DNA from: Thermoproteota archaeon
Lineage (GTDB): Archaea > Korarchaeota > Korarchaeia > Korarchaeales > Korarchaeaceae
DNA: 64,000 nucleotides
Assembly (NCBI GenBank): GCA_027492205.1
Contig: JAOZFN010000011.1
Span: 32,001-96,000 of the forward strand
Direction: 5' to 3'
The position numbers were made by a program, and so were the translations under genes. Position 1 is the first letter of the stretch; the number at the start of each line of letters is the position of its first letter. The notes under the pieces are model-generated. The model was not told where the DNA came from. It was given only the letters and a program-made list of their open reading frames with translations, and did not search any database. Below, piece after piece: positions 37,814 to 48,041 of the stretch.

Positions 37814-39433
37814 ATGCCGGGCCTCGTCGATCTGATCCTGGAGTGGCTCAGGGGATACCCGGCCGGGTACGAGCGCCTCCTGTCCATGATAGGCATAGAG
37901 GTCCACTGGGCCATACTGCAGTACGTCCTCGGCCTGCCGCTCCTGGCGGTCCTGGCCGAGGCCATTTGGCTGCGGACGGGGAACGAGCACTGGAAGAGGC
38001 TGTCCAGGAACTTGGCCAAGGGCTTCGCGGTGGTCTTCGCGGTTGGCGCCGCCTCCGGCACGGCGTCGGAGTTCGGGCTCATACTGCTATGGCCCAACCT
38101 CACCGAGGCGGCCGGCAGGTACATCTACTTCCCGCTCTACCTAGAGATCTTCGCCTTCATCACGGAGGTCGTCTTCATCTACCTCTACTTCTACGCCGAC
38201 GGCAGGGTCTCCCGCAAGGCGCACCTGCTCATCGGGGTGCTCGCCCTGGCCGGCGCCTGGTTCTCCGGGGCCATGATCTTGAGCGTCAACTCCTTCATGC
38301 AGTCTCCGGCAAACGTCTTGGCTAACTACGACCCGACGACGGGATCCTGGGCGCCGCCGGAGGTGCTCCTCTTCGTCCCCACTCAGGTGGCCCAGGCCAT
38401 CGACGCCCAGAAGCTCGCGTCGGTCGGGGGGAAGATCCTGGAGAGCGGTGCCGACTACGTCTTGGTCTCGCTGCCGGCCGGGCTGGTCAGGGCGCTGATG
38501 GGCCAGGCCTTCGCCGGCTACACCGTCGGCGAGAGCCTGCTCGCGGCGGTCGCGAGACCCGAGGCGGCCCAGGCGCTCGCGTCGGTCCCGCTCAAGAGCG
38601 TCCTCGACTCGATAGTGGCCAACACCGTCAGGCACGCCGGCGTGTACACGATCACCTTCAAGTCCGGGACGTACGTGGCCACCTTCGTGCACTCCATAGG
38701 CGCCGCGGTGACCGTCTCGGCCTTCACGGTCATGGGCGCCTACGCGCTGAGGCTCCTCAGGACTCCCAAGGACGATCCGGACAGGGAGTACTTCAGAGGG
38801 GCATTCAAGTTCGCCGCCGTGGTGGCCCTGGTGGCCGTGGCCATCCAGGGGACCGGTTCCGGCCACGCGATGGGGGCCGCCGTCGCCGAGTTCAATCCCG
38901 AGAAGTTCGCCGCCATGGAGGGGACCAGCGAGCAGATAACGAGCCTGCCGGCCTTGATCCACGCCGAAGGGCTGGTCCACGGGAAGCTCATGCCGCTTCT
39001 GGCTTACGGGAGCACGGGCGCAGTTATCCCGTCCTACGACCTCATCCAGTCCGACTTCAGGCCTCCCCTGGTCGTGCACTACCTCTACTACACCAAGATC
39101 GGGCTGGGGGTCCTCCTCGGACTCGTGGCCCTCCTCGCGGTCGCATACCTCAGGAGGTCCGCCGAACCGCCGGGCTGGGCCCTCAACCTCTCCGCCGCCT
39201 CGCCGGTCCTGGCGCAGGTGGTTAGCTTCCTCGGGTGGGCGGTCAGGGAGATAGGGAGGAAGCCCTGGGCCATCTACGGGATCATGGACGTCCAGACCGA
39301 GCTCACCGTGAACCCGCCGCCGACGTGGCAGCTGATGCTAGTCGCCGCCTACCTAGCCGCCCTGCTGGCGCTCCTGTTCGCCGTGGTCTACGTCTACCTC
39401 TGGAAGAGGGAGGAGAGTGGGGAGGTGAGCTGA
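37814..39433 (+). CDS. cydA: Cytochrome bd quinol oxidase subunit I (CydA)
   Basis: His near N-terminus (VHW), FAVGAASG...EF, E.FAF..E, NSFMQ.P, HSIGAA, PEKFAAMEG, GW..RE.GRKPW. Confidence 0.92.
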   Translation: MPGLVDLILEWLRGYPAGYERLLSMIGIEVHWAILQYVLGLPLLAVLAEAIWLRTGNEHWKRLSRNLAKGFAVVFAVGAASGTASEFGLILLWPNLTEAAGRYIYFPLYLEIFAFITEVVFIYLYFYADGRVSRKAHLLIGVLALAGAWFSGAMILSVNSFMQSPANVLANYDPTTGSWAPPEVLLFVPTQVAQAIDAQKLASVGGKILESGADYVLVSLPAGLVRALMGQAFAGYTVGESLLAAVARPEAAQALASVPLKSVLDSIVANTVRHAGVYTITFKSGTYVATFVHSIGAAVTVSAFTVMGAYALRLLRTPKDDPDREYFRGAFKFAAVVALVAVAIQGTGSGHAMGAAVAEFNPEKFAAMEGTSEQITSLPALIHAEGLVHGKLMPLLAYGSTGAVIPSYDLIQSDFRPPLVVHYLYYTKIGLGVLLGLVALLAVAYLRRSAEPPGWALNLSAASPVLAQVVSFLGWAVREIGRKPWAIYGIMDVQTELTVNPPPTWQLMLVAAYLAALLALLFAVVYVYLWKREESGEVS

Positions 39434-39436
39434 CGC

Positions 39437-40708
39437 ATGCCCGAGCCCGTTCCCATCGTGTTCATCCTATCCCTGGCCTTCGGCCTCCACATCGCCCTCG
39501 TAAACCTGGACATAGGGCTTGCGACGCTCATCCCGATCATGAAGAGGGTCGGGGAGCGCAGGGAGGACGAGTTCCTGGTCAGGAGGGCCAAGAACCTCAT
39601 GAGATACTACGCCATGACGTACGCCGTCGCCGGGGTCTTCGGCACGGCCTTCACCGTCGCCCTGCTCGCCTTCTACCCCGCCTTCATAGGGCTGGCCGGG
39701 CACCTCACCTGGGTGCCCTTCGGCCTCGCAATCCTCCTCATAGCCCTCAGGTTCCTCTCAGTGGCCGGCTACTGGTACCTCTGGGATCGCGTCTCCAGCG
39801 GCATCCACCTGCTCATTGGGGCCGTGATGGCCGCCACCGGCATCCTGATCCCCCTCGGCTTCAGGGCGGTCTTCGCGTTTCTTAACGCCCCGTTCGGCCT
39901 CAGGCTCCAGCCAAAGCCCCACCTAATACTGGGCGAGGCGCTATCGAACCCGACCCTGATGCCGCTCTACCTGAAGAGCGTGTTCGGCGCCCTGTCCACG
40001 GGCCTGTTCGTCGTCGCGTCGGCATACGCCTGGAGGTACCTCCGGACGGAGGGTGAGCTGAGGGAGAGGTACGCCGGTCTGGTGAAGGCTCTGCTGCCGT
40101 ACGGCACGCTCTCCCTGTTCTTGATGCTGGTCTTCGGCTTCTGGTACACGCTAAGCCTACTCTCCGTCTCGCAGTACAAGTTCGTCAACATCTTCGGCAG
40201 GTTCTTGGGCGCGGACCCGACCAAGGACTTCTCGTGGCTCTTCCTGGTGAAGATGGCGCTGGTGGCCGTTCAGTTCGGCGTCGTCCTCTACGTCCTCGAC
40301 AGGCTCCTCAAGGGCTTAGAGCTCGACGACGAGCCCATGCGGTGGATAAAGACGCTGGGGCCGGCCGCCCTGGGCACGGTGATCACGGGAGAGCTGCTCA
40401 ACATGTACAGCCAGCTTCCGTACTTCGTGGCCAGGCCCGACCTCTTCAACATGCTGCCGTCCTGGGTCGTCAGCGCCCTCTCCGTCGATACGGTGAACCC
40501 CCTGGCCAACCTGCCTGGCGTCTACATCATCACGGGCGCGGCGCTGACCCCGCTCCTCGCGGCCGTTGCCGCGCTGATCTACGTCGCGACCAAGGGGGAG
40601 CCCGAGGCTCTCGAAGGGGCAAGTCGGCAGCGGGAAGACATGGCAGCGGGAGGCAGAGAGGGGCAGCCTGAAGTGAGCGGGATGGGCGGCGACGGAGGGT
40701 CCGGGTGA
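39437..40708 (+). CDS. CydA-paralogous second subunit (CydA') of a CydAA'-type bd oxidase
   Basis: CydA-like N-terminus (GLHI..VN, YAVAGVFGT) without the GRQPW motif; directly follows cydA. Confidence 0.8.
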   Translation: MPEPVPIVFILSLAFGLHIALVNLDIGLATLIPIMKRVGERREDEFLVRRAKNLMRYYAMTYAVAGVFGTAFTVALLAFYPAFIGLAGHLTWVPFGLAILLIALRFLSVAGYWYLWDRVSSGIHLLIGAVMAATGILIPLGFRAVFAFLNAPFGLRLQPKPHLILGEALSNPTLMPLYLKSVFGALSTGLFVVASAYAWRYLRTEGELRERYAGLVKALLPYGTLSLFLMLVFGFWYTLSLLSVSQYKFVNIFGRFLGADPTKDFSWLFLVKMALVAVQFGVVLYVLDRLLKGLELDDEPMRWIKTLGPAALGTVITGELLNMYSQLPYFVARPDLFNMLPSWVVSALSVDTVNPLANLPGVYIITGAALTPLLAAVAALIYVATKGEPEALEGASRQREDMAAGGREGQPEVSGMGGDGGSG

Positions 40709-40904
40709 GTCCTCGAGGTTCTCTTTTAGGCCCCCCTAATTTTTCCATTTTTATTGCCTCTGATTAGTTACCTCTTTGTATCTTTGGGAACTCTGAACAA
40801 CCCGAGATTAATCATTCAGTTTGGGTAAAGGTCGGGTCGTTCAAGTTTGGATAGCGAAGGTAAGGCTTATAATATCACAACCAAGTTGGTTAGCAGGTGG
40901 TATC

Positions 40905-41564
40905 ATGGAGGGAAGGATTCCGCTGCTGGGCGAGAAGTTCCCAACCCTCGAGGTCCAGACGACTCACGGCAAGATAAAGCTCCCCGACCAATTCGCCGGC
41001 AAGTGGTTCGTGCTGTTCAGCCATCCAGCCGACTTCACGCCCGTCTGTACCACCGAGTTCGTCGCCTTCCAGAAGAGGTACGAGAAGTTCAAGGAGCTCA
41101 ACGCCGAGCTCATCGGCCTGAGCATCGACCAGGTGTTCAGCCACATCAAGTGGGTCGAGTGGATTAAGGAGAAGCTCGGCGTGGAGATCAAGTTCCCGAT
41201 AATAGCCGACGACCTGGGCAAGGTCGCCAGCGCGCTGGGGCTCATTCACCCGAACAAGGGCACCAACACCGTGAGGGCCGTCTTCATAGTCGACCCGAAT
41301 GGCATCATCAGGGCCATCCTCTACTACCCGCAGGAGCTCGGGAGGAACGTCGACGAGATACTGAGGATGATCAAGGGCTTCCAGGTGGCCGACAAGCACG
41401 GCGTGGCCATCCCGCACAACTGGCCCGAGAACGAGCTGGTCGGCGACCACGTGATTGTCCCACCGGCCTCTGACGAGGAGACCGCCAAGGAGAGGCTAGA
41501 GAAGGCCAAGGCTGGAGAGATCGAGTGCTTCGACTGGTGGTTCTGCCACAAGAAGGTCGAGTGA
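40905..41564 (+). CDS. Peroxiredoxin (Prx6/archaeal TDXH type)
   Basis: [33 protein letters not shown]-terminal CFDWWFC; ATG at 40905 after GGTGG. Confidence 0.95.
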   Translation: MEGRIPLLGEKFPTLEVQTTHGKIKLPDQFAGKWFVLFSHPADFTPVCTTEFVAFQKRYEKFKELNAELIGLSIDQVFSHIKWVEWIKEKLGVEIKFPIIADDLGKVASALGLIHPNKGTNTVRAVFIVDPNGIIRAILYYPQELGRNVDEILRMIKGFQVADKHGVAIPHNWPENELVGDHVIVPPASDEETAKERLEKAKAGEIECFDWWFCHKKVE

Positions 41565-41815
41565 GCCGCCCGAACCTCTCCACCTTTTTCTCTTATAACC
41601 GACTCTCGTACTCGGGCTCTTCCCCGTCGAACGTCGGATTCGGGCCCCGGCCCGCGCCGATTTAAAATCTGAACCCCTCGGCGCGCTGCCATGGTTAAAT
41701 TGTTTCCTCGCGAGCATCAGGCCGCACCCCCCCCGACCCAGAGTCGCCTTCACTACTCGTGTAGGGGGCTCGTTTTGGGTTTCGGCAGGGCGCGCCAGGG
41801 GAAAGTGATGCCCGC

Positions 41816-43451
41816 ATGAGTCGTTATGCGCTTCCTGCGCTGATCCTCTGCCTGTTCGCGCCAGCCTCCCCCCTTCCACACGGCCTCTCCAGTCGGGGCC
41901 GCGCAGACCCCACAGGCAGTGCCGCCCGAGCTGGACTTCGGCTCCGTCCACGTTGGCGCCGTGGTGGAGGGGAGCTTCAGGGTGACCGACGCGAACATGG
42001 TGAGGATCAGCTCGGCCCCGAGCTGGATCGAGATCGTCTACTCCAACCCGGAGAGCCGCAACCCGAGCGGATCCGGGCTCGTGGGGGTTAGGGTGGACAC
42101 GTCGACCCCGGGAGACCTGGGGGGCGCCATAGTTGTGGAGACGGATGCCGGCGACCTGACGGTCCCGGTATCCGCAAGGGTCCTGGACTCCACCCCCAGG
42201 CTCGACGTCTTGGTATACTCCTCGCCCTTCTCTGAAGGGTCGACGACGAACCCAAACGCATTCTCGACGCTTCAGAGATTCGTGGAAGAAGCGGAGGTCA
42301 ACGTGAGCTACGTCCTCCGCGAAGACTGGAATCGGGTGTCAGACAGCCTAGAGTCCTTCGACGTAATCATCCTCGACGAGAGGGGCCTGTTCTCGATGAG
42401 TCAATCCCGCATCAAGTCCTACGTCAGGTCTGGAGGGTACCTGGTGGTCTTCGCCTCCTACTTCTTCAGGGGTTCGGTGGACGAGGCGAATCAACTGGCG
42501 GGCGAGTTCGGATTGACGTTCAAGGACGAGGAGGAGACTGGGTGGGTCAGCGCGGACAGGCTGGCGGATCACTGGCTCATGGAAGGCGTTTCCACCGTGA
42601 GGCTGCTCCGACCAACCCCGGTATAGGCCTCGTCACCGAACTCCCTGGTGATCGCGGGCATTCCGGGCAGGCCGGGGGACGTGGGGATGGTCGCCTTCTC
42701 CGAGGTGAATGGAGGTGGGATACTGGCCGTGGGGTCTCCCCTCTGGTGGGCCTTCTTCCTGCAGGGCGACCCCGACGGAAACGATCGACTGCTCCTGAAC
42801 CTCTTCGATCGGGCGGCATCCGGAGGGCGCCCCGAGGAAGCCACCGGGGAGACAGGGCTCAACGTGACCCTCTCGCCCAAAGCGCTGGAGATCTCGCCGG
42901 GGGACTCGGCCGATCTGAACCTCACCCTTCAGTCCCTCGGGGGATTTGAGGCCGACTTGCTGGTGGGGTGGACGGTCACCCCACCCACCGCGCACATGGC
43001 CGTGGAACCCCCGTCCGGGCCCGTGCACGTATCCTCTGGGGAGGTCAAGACGGAGCCCGTGACCGTCCGCGTCGACCAGGGGATCGAACCCGGCAACTAC
43101 ACGGTGAGCCTGACCTGCGTCGCCGGCGGCGAGAGGTTCACGGTGAACGCCACCGTGTCCGTTCAGCCTCCGCCACCCACCGAGACCGCCCCTCCCACGG
43201 AGGCTCCGCCAGCCGAGACCGAGACCCAGCCTCCCACGACCCAGCCCCCCACGACCTCGCCCCCACAGACCGAGGGGCCGTCGACGACCGCGCCTCCACC
43301 CGCCGGGACGGGAGGAGGACTCTCCTCCCCTGTGGCCATTGCCGTCGGCGCCGTCCTCGGAGGAGCCGCCGTCGCTCTGGCCGCGTGGATTCAGGCCGGC
43401 CGACGAGCGAGGCCTGGGGGCGGGGGTGTCGGCGAGGAGGGCACAAACTGA
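41816..43451 (+). pseudogene. Interrupted surface-protein gene (Ig-like + GATase-like/DUF4350-like domain, Pro/Thr linker, TM anchor)
   Basis: Signal-peptide ORF at 41816 joins ORF 41919 if one C is removed from the C6 run (41868-41873); ORFs 41919..42626 and 42648..43451 are in the same frame, separated only by TAG at 42624-42626. Confidence 0.75.
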
Positions 43452-43638
43452 ACGCGGATCCGTGCAAGAGACCCTCGCGGGGCCACTTGGCCCCGCCCCG
43501 ATTTTTTAACCCAGGTTCCGCGCGGTCGTCGCGAAAGAGGGATTTCACGACGAACCTAGGAAGAGTAAGTTCGCGACATATCACATTTGTAGGCCAAGGT
43601 AAAACTTATATTCCCAATAGGCCTTTCCCCTGTCAAGA

Positions 43639-45213
43639 GTGTCCTGTAGATCCGCTATGAAGACAGTTTGTAAGAAGATAGTGGATAATGTGAAATCTGC
43701 GATGGGCGAGTTCTCGGATTGTTCTAAAGAGTACTTCAGGAAAAATCTTTTCCTAAAATCCCTGATACCTCCACTAATCATCTCTTACACATTGATATTA
43801 CCTACTGTGGCGTTTACATACCAGTTGTTTAAGTCGTCAGCACCAGACTACCTAGCAAAGGCAGGGAATCTTACATTCAAGGAAATCATGACGGAATATC
43901 CACTCAGCAATCCATTCGAATATGCTAGGGTAGTATTGGTGGGCTACCTAATCTACACGATTCTCTTCGCGGTTGTTTGCTGGTATGCCCAGCACAAGTA
44001 CAAAGATAGCTATATAGAGAAAGTACTTAATGCTCTAAAGCGCGAGAAAGGCAAAAGGAATTTCCGGGACTTTCTTCTAATAGCAGGACATGGGCTCTCA
44101 GAATCAACTCACGTGAGTTTCCTCGACGCGCTTGGAACAGTGCTTAAGATTTACTTCCGCCATGTGATTGCGATAGTAGGGTCTTTTGGTCTTCTTATTC
44201 TAGTTACTAAATCACTCTTGGAAAGGATAAACCAGTTTAATTTGGTTGAATATTCCGCGATGTTAATTGTAACATCAGGAATTTCTATCTACAGTTTTGC
44301 ACTTCTATTCATAATAAGGGAGGTAAGATACTTGTCAATAAGAGTAAGAAAAACAGCACATCATTTAGTCGGAATTATCATGGTCTCGGCTATAATAGTG
44401 CTATTGTCTGTAAAAATAGCGAAATTTATTTATCTATTAGTGCCGAAGCTATCTATTGTTTTGGCTGACGTATCATCAGAAATGATGAAAAACCCGAGCA
44501 ACAGCGATACAATCCTTCCGTTTGCTATATTCCTATCTATCCTAGTGGCTTCTATTTGGCCAATTTTTGTGATGTTTTTTACTCAAATCGTAATGGGATT
44601 ATGCTATAGCTGGTTAGCCAAATCAGTGATTCTCTTTATTCTTCGTGTCAATAGTCTAAAAAGAATAATAGTTTACATAGTGAGTCCTGTTAAATCATAC
44701 AAAGTTTTAGAGAGTCTGCTCAGAGAGGTATGGGAGCAGAGTTATCTAGGCCGACTGATCCAAGCTGCCGTAATAATTACAACATTTCTCATAACTGCCG
44801 CTTTCCTGGAATTCCTTCTGGGAATAAATCTCGAAAAAACGACTATGTTATACAACATTCTAATGTTGGCGCTCTTGGTACTTCTTGTACAGGTTGTAGG
44901 AGGGGCAATGAATCCTGACTTTGTGTTCATCGTTATCGGTCTGAGCGATTCGAAGATCTTTCAGGGAATTGTATCCGACATTTTAACTTTATCTACATTG
45001 ATCTCATTCATATGGCCCATTATAGGCCTAACATTTGAGATACACTATTACGCTTCAGAACTATTACCCTTTATGTGGTCAGCCCTTATTTTGCTTCTGA
45101 TAATACCGCTAGTAATGCTGTCAATACTTACACGGGCAACACTTGAGTGTCATGTATCTTCGCCAGAGTTCCCTTGTGCTACAGACTCCGATCTCTCAGC
45201 TAACTCTGAGTGA
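43639..45213 (+). CDS. AT-rich multi-pass membrane protein of unknown function (likely horizontally acquired)
   Basis: About 10-11 hydrophobic helices; markedly lower GC than flanks; start uncertain (ATG at 43657 or 43702). Confidence 0.7.
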   Translation: MSCRSAMKTVCKKIVDNVKSAMGEFSDCSKEYFRKNLFLKSLIPPLIISYTLILPTVAFTYQLFKSSAPDYLAKAGNLTFKEIMTEYPLSNPFEYARVVLVGYLIYTILFAVVCWYAQHKYKDSYIEKVLNALKREKGKRNFRDFLLIAGHGLSESTHVSFLDALGTVLKIYFRHVIAIVGSFGLLILVTKSLLERINQFNLVEYSAMLIVTSGISIYSFALLFIIREVRYLSIRVRKTAHHLVGIIMVSAIIVLLSVKIAKFIYLLVPKLSIVLADVSSEMMKNPSNSDTILPFAIFLSILVASIWPIFVMFFTQIVMGLCYSWLAKSVILFILRVNSLKRIIVYIVSPVKSYKVLESLLREVWEQSYLGRLIQAAVIITTFLITAAFLEFLLGINLEKTTMLYNILMLALLVLLVQVVGGAMNPDFVFIVIGLSDSKIFQGIVSDILTLSTLISFIWPIIGLTFEIHYYASELLPFMWSALILLLIIPLVMLSILTRATLECHVSSPEFPCATDSDLSANSE

Positions 45214-45323
45214 ACCTAACATAAGGCAAATGTGCTTAATTGGTGCGGTTAAGATCGACCCATGAGTTTTTTCACTTAGGTCGGAATTTCCGAGGGCCTA
45301 GGGAGACTTGAGGGGCTTCCAGG

Positions 45324-45989
45324 ATGACCGTGAGGGATGTTTGGTCCATTCTGGACTTTAAGGGCTTGAAAGTCGTTGACTTTGGCGCCGGCGAATCCAC
45401 CAGGCGCCTCCTCCAGATGGGCGCAAACGTCATCGCGGTCGACCGGGATCTAGAGAGGCTCAAAGAGTTCGCCGACGCTGGCGTTCCGGTCGTGGCCTGC
45501 GACTTCGTAGACTTCCCATTCAGGTGCAGGTTCGCCGACCTGGCGCTGTTCCATTTCACCTTGCACGAGGTTGATCCCTCGAGGCACCGCGACGTCGTCG
45601 CGATGGCCCGCCAGATAGCCCCAAGGATCCTGATCATCGAGCCCTCTCCCGAGGGCTGCCCGGCCTTCCGCAGGTTCTCAGAGCTCTGGCGCGAGGCCAT
45701 GGAGAGCGTAGGTCAGTTCGAGGAGTACAGGCCCCTGGAGTACTGGAGGGGCCTGGTGGAGTCCTGCGGCCTCGAGGTCGAGCTCGCCGAGAGGGTGAGC
45801 CAAGACTCTCCAGTCCCCAGAGAGGAGGTGGAGAGGCTGGCCAGGGAGACGGTAGACCTCTGGAGGAGGCTGGGCGTCTCCGAGAGGATCGTCAAGGAGA
45901 TGCTCGAGTTCCCGGATTACGTCCAGAGGGTTGGCGGGATGAGGTGGTCCGACCTGCTGGTCGTTCTCGGACTTGACAGAGAAGTCTAG
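45324..45989 (+). CDS. Class I SAM-dependent methyltransferase-like protein
   Basis: VVDFGAG motif I, IAVD, D....PF....D, TLHE, LIIE. Confidence 0.8.
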   Translation: MTVRDVWSILDFKGLKVVDFGAGESTRRLLQMGANVIAVDRDLERLKEFADAGVPVVACDFVDFPFRCRFADLALFHFTLHEVDPSRHRDVVAMARQIAPRILIIEPSPEGCPAFRRFSELWREAMESVGQFEEYRPLEYWRGLVESCGLEVELAERVSQDSPVPREEVERLARETVDLWRRLGVSERIVKEMLEFPDYVQRVGGMRWSDLLVVLGLDREV

Positions 45990-46099
45990 TGCCCTCCTGT
46001 CGCTGCCGTGCTCTCTACCTCGTCAGGGCGAGATTCTCTGCGACCACTAACGGTCTCTCGCGCGCGAACCTTATTTTATCACATTGAGACAAAATCACA

Positions 46100-46336
46100 A
46101 TGTATAAGACTGTCAGGGTGAGGGAGGACACCTACAAGAGGCTCAACGAGCTGGCGGCCAGGCTTAGGGAGAAGCTGGGGAGGCCCGTGAGCATGGACGA
46201 GGTCATCAGGAGGCTCCTGAAGTCTAAGAGGCCCAGTGAGCTGGCCGGCGCCTGGGAGATGTCCGAGGAAGAGGAGGAGGAGATAAGGGAGGCCATCGGG
46301 AGGATGAGGGCGAAGTGGAGGCCTCGTACTGCCTAG
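46100..46336 (+). CDS. vapB: VapB-type antitoxin
   Basis: KTVRVREDTYKRL RHH-like start, SMDEVIRRLL, LAGAW; overlaps the PIN toxin. Confidence 0.85.
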   Translation: MYKTVRVREDTYKRLNELAARLREKLGRPVSMDEVIRRLLKSKRPSELAGAWEMSEEEEEEIREAIGRMRAKWRPRTA

Positions 46337-46812
46337 ACACGGACGTGCTGGTCGACCTCCTCAGGGGCAGGGAGCCGTCGGTAAGCGCCGTCAGGGCCCT
46401 CGAGCACTCGCTGGCCGAGATTGCGACCACGGCGATAACTGCCTTCGAGCTATACTACGGGGCCCTGAAGTCCTCCAGGGTTCAGGAGAACATGGCTGCG
46501 GTCCGGGAGCTGCTCGACAGGCTGGAGGTAATCGACCTAGATGAGGGCGTCGCCGAGCTTGCTGCCCGACACCTGGCGAGGTTGGAGTCCAGGGGTCAGC
46601 CCATAGAGCTGGCGGACCTCTTCATCGGGTGCGCCGCCCTCAGCAGGGGGATGGCGCTGGTCACCCGGAACGTCGATCACTTCAGGAGGATAGAGGGGCT
46701 CAGGGTTGCGACGCCGGAGGAAATCCTTAAGCAGCCCTCCGACTCCAGACGGGATCGTCAAACCAGCGCCTCACCATCCCGTGCCAAAGGATCTCCCCGA
46801 GGCCAGAGGTAA
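46315..46812 (+). CDS. vapC: VapC PIN-domain toxin
   Basis: LDTDVLVD, E.YYG, DLFIG..A, LVTRN..HF.RI.GL. Confidence 0.9.
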   Translation: MEASYCLDTDVLVDLLRGREPSVSAVRALEHSLAEIATTAITAFELYYGALKSSRVQENMAAVRELLDRLEVIDLDEGVAELAARHLARLESRGQPIELADLFIGCAALSRGMALVTRNVDHFRRIEGLRVATPEEILKQPSDSRRDRQTSASPSRAKGSPRGQR

Positions 46813-47228
46813 TCTTGAGCCGAGGCTCCGCCTCCGCTACCCCGGGCGGGGCCCCTCTACGCGCGACCTTTCCGCCGACCCGCCTCTGCCGCCACGGCCG
46901 GACCCGATCTCCGCCCGGGAGTTCGGGGGAACTAGCGTCCCTGAACTCCTCAATCCCCGGGGCGGCGGAGGTCGAGCCCGTGTCCCCCTGCCCCCCGGCC
47001 GCCACGCCCTGACCGTCTTGGCCGTCCTGGGCGGCGTCGAGCTGGCCGCCACGGCCATGTGGGTCGAGATCGAGGCGCCTCGCTCGACCGCCCGATTCTC
47101 ACGAACTCGCGCTAAGGGACGCGGGGAGCGACCGGGCCGCGCGAGGTCGGGTAGTCGACCACCATGGCGCGGCCTAGGAAGGGTTTTATATTATGTAAAC
47201 TTACTTAGGTTGACAGAGGTGGCAAGGG

Positions 47229-48041
47229 GTGAGGGCGTCCGCCCGCTGCCCACCGGCGTGGCCAGCCCCCTGGACTGGCTTGCCCCTGGCGCTGGTCTCC
47301 GCGGCAATGTGCTCGACCAGCGCGGCAATACCGCTGGGCTTTGCGTCCTGGGTCGTCAAGAGAAGCGACGTTGCCCTGACATCCGGCGTCCTGATGGCGG
47401 TGGGAGCGACCCTTCTCCTGGTCGCAGGTGGGAAGGAGGCTAAGGTCTCAGGTCAGTCGCTGATCTTGAGCTACGGCCTGCTCAGGAGGGTCGTCAGGCT
47501 CCCCGACATTGTCGAGCTGGCAGACGTGGGGGAGCTGTCAGGGTTCGTCCTCGCGCGGAGACTGCCGGGTCTGGCGCTATCCACAGCCGTATCGACTCTG
47601 TCTGGCTGGGCACCCCTGTGGTGGTCGCTGGCGCAGGTGTGGGCCTCTCCCCTCGTCCCGCTGGCCTCCTTGGCCGGGGCGCTCTCGCTGCAGTACGCAA
47701 TGCTGATCACCCTGATCTCTCCAGGCGGGGGCAGGAGGCTCGGCTTCGGACACGCTCTGGGCATTTCGGCGGGGCTAATTGCCTTGCTCGCATCCGCTGA
47801 TGCGCCAGCTGGCGTGGACAAGGTTCTGGCGGCACTCGGATGCGCCGGGCTGCTCTTCTCGGCGGCCTTTGCAATCACCCCAAGGAGGATGAGGGACCTC
47901 CTGATGATCAGGCTGGCCGACGGGGGCACGTACGTCATAGTAGCGGGGGGAGACTCGACTGATTACCTCAGAGACGCGATCGCAAGGGGAGCCGCTGGCG
48001 CGCCTGCCGCCGCGGAGCGTGGGGGGAGCGAGGATGGTTGA
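47229..48041 (+). CDS. Membrane protein with a PH-like insertion (paralog of the next gene)
   Basis: About 6 TM helices; shares ...D.VE..DV......L.RR.PGL...TLISPG with the next ORF. Confidence 0.55.
   Translation: MRASARCPPAWPAPWTGLPLALVSAAMCSTSAAIPLGFASWVVKRSDVALTSGVLMAVGATLLLVAGGKEAKVSGQSLILSYGLLRRVVRLPDIVELADVGELSGFVLARRLPGLALSTAVSTLSGWAPLWWSLAQVWASPLVPLASLAGALSLQYAMLITLISPGGGRRLGFGHALGISAGLIALLASADAPAGVDKVLAALGCAGLLFSAAFAITPRRMRDLLMIRLADGGTYVIVAGGDSTDYLRDAIARGAAGAPAAAERGGSEDG

Noticed and set aside
42624-42626. Pyrrolysine recoding of the in-frame TAG
   Set aside because: Not supported as a call: no pyl genes in the window, other genes here use TAG as a normal stop, and the same gene also has a frameshift.
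46706-47443. 245-aa ORF between vapC and the membrane operon
   Set aside because: Overlaps both neighbours and is mostly low-complexity; only a short hydrophobic patch looks protein-like.
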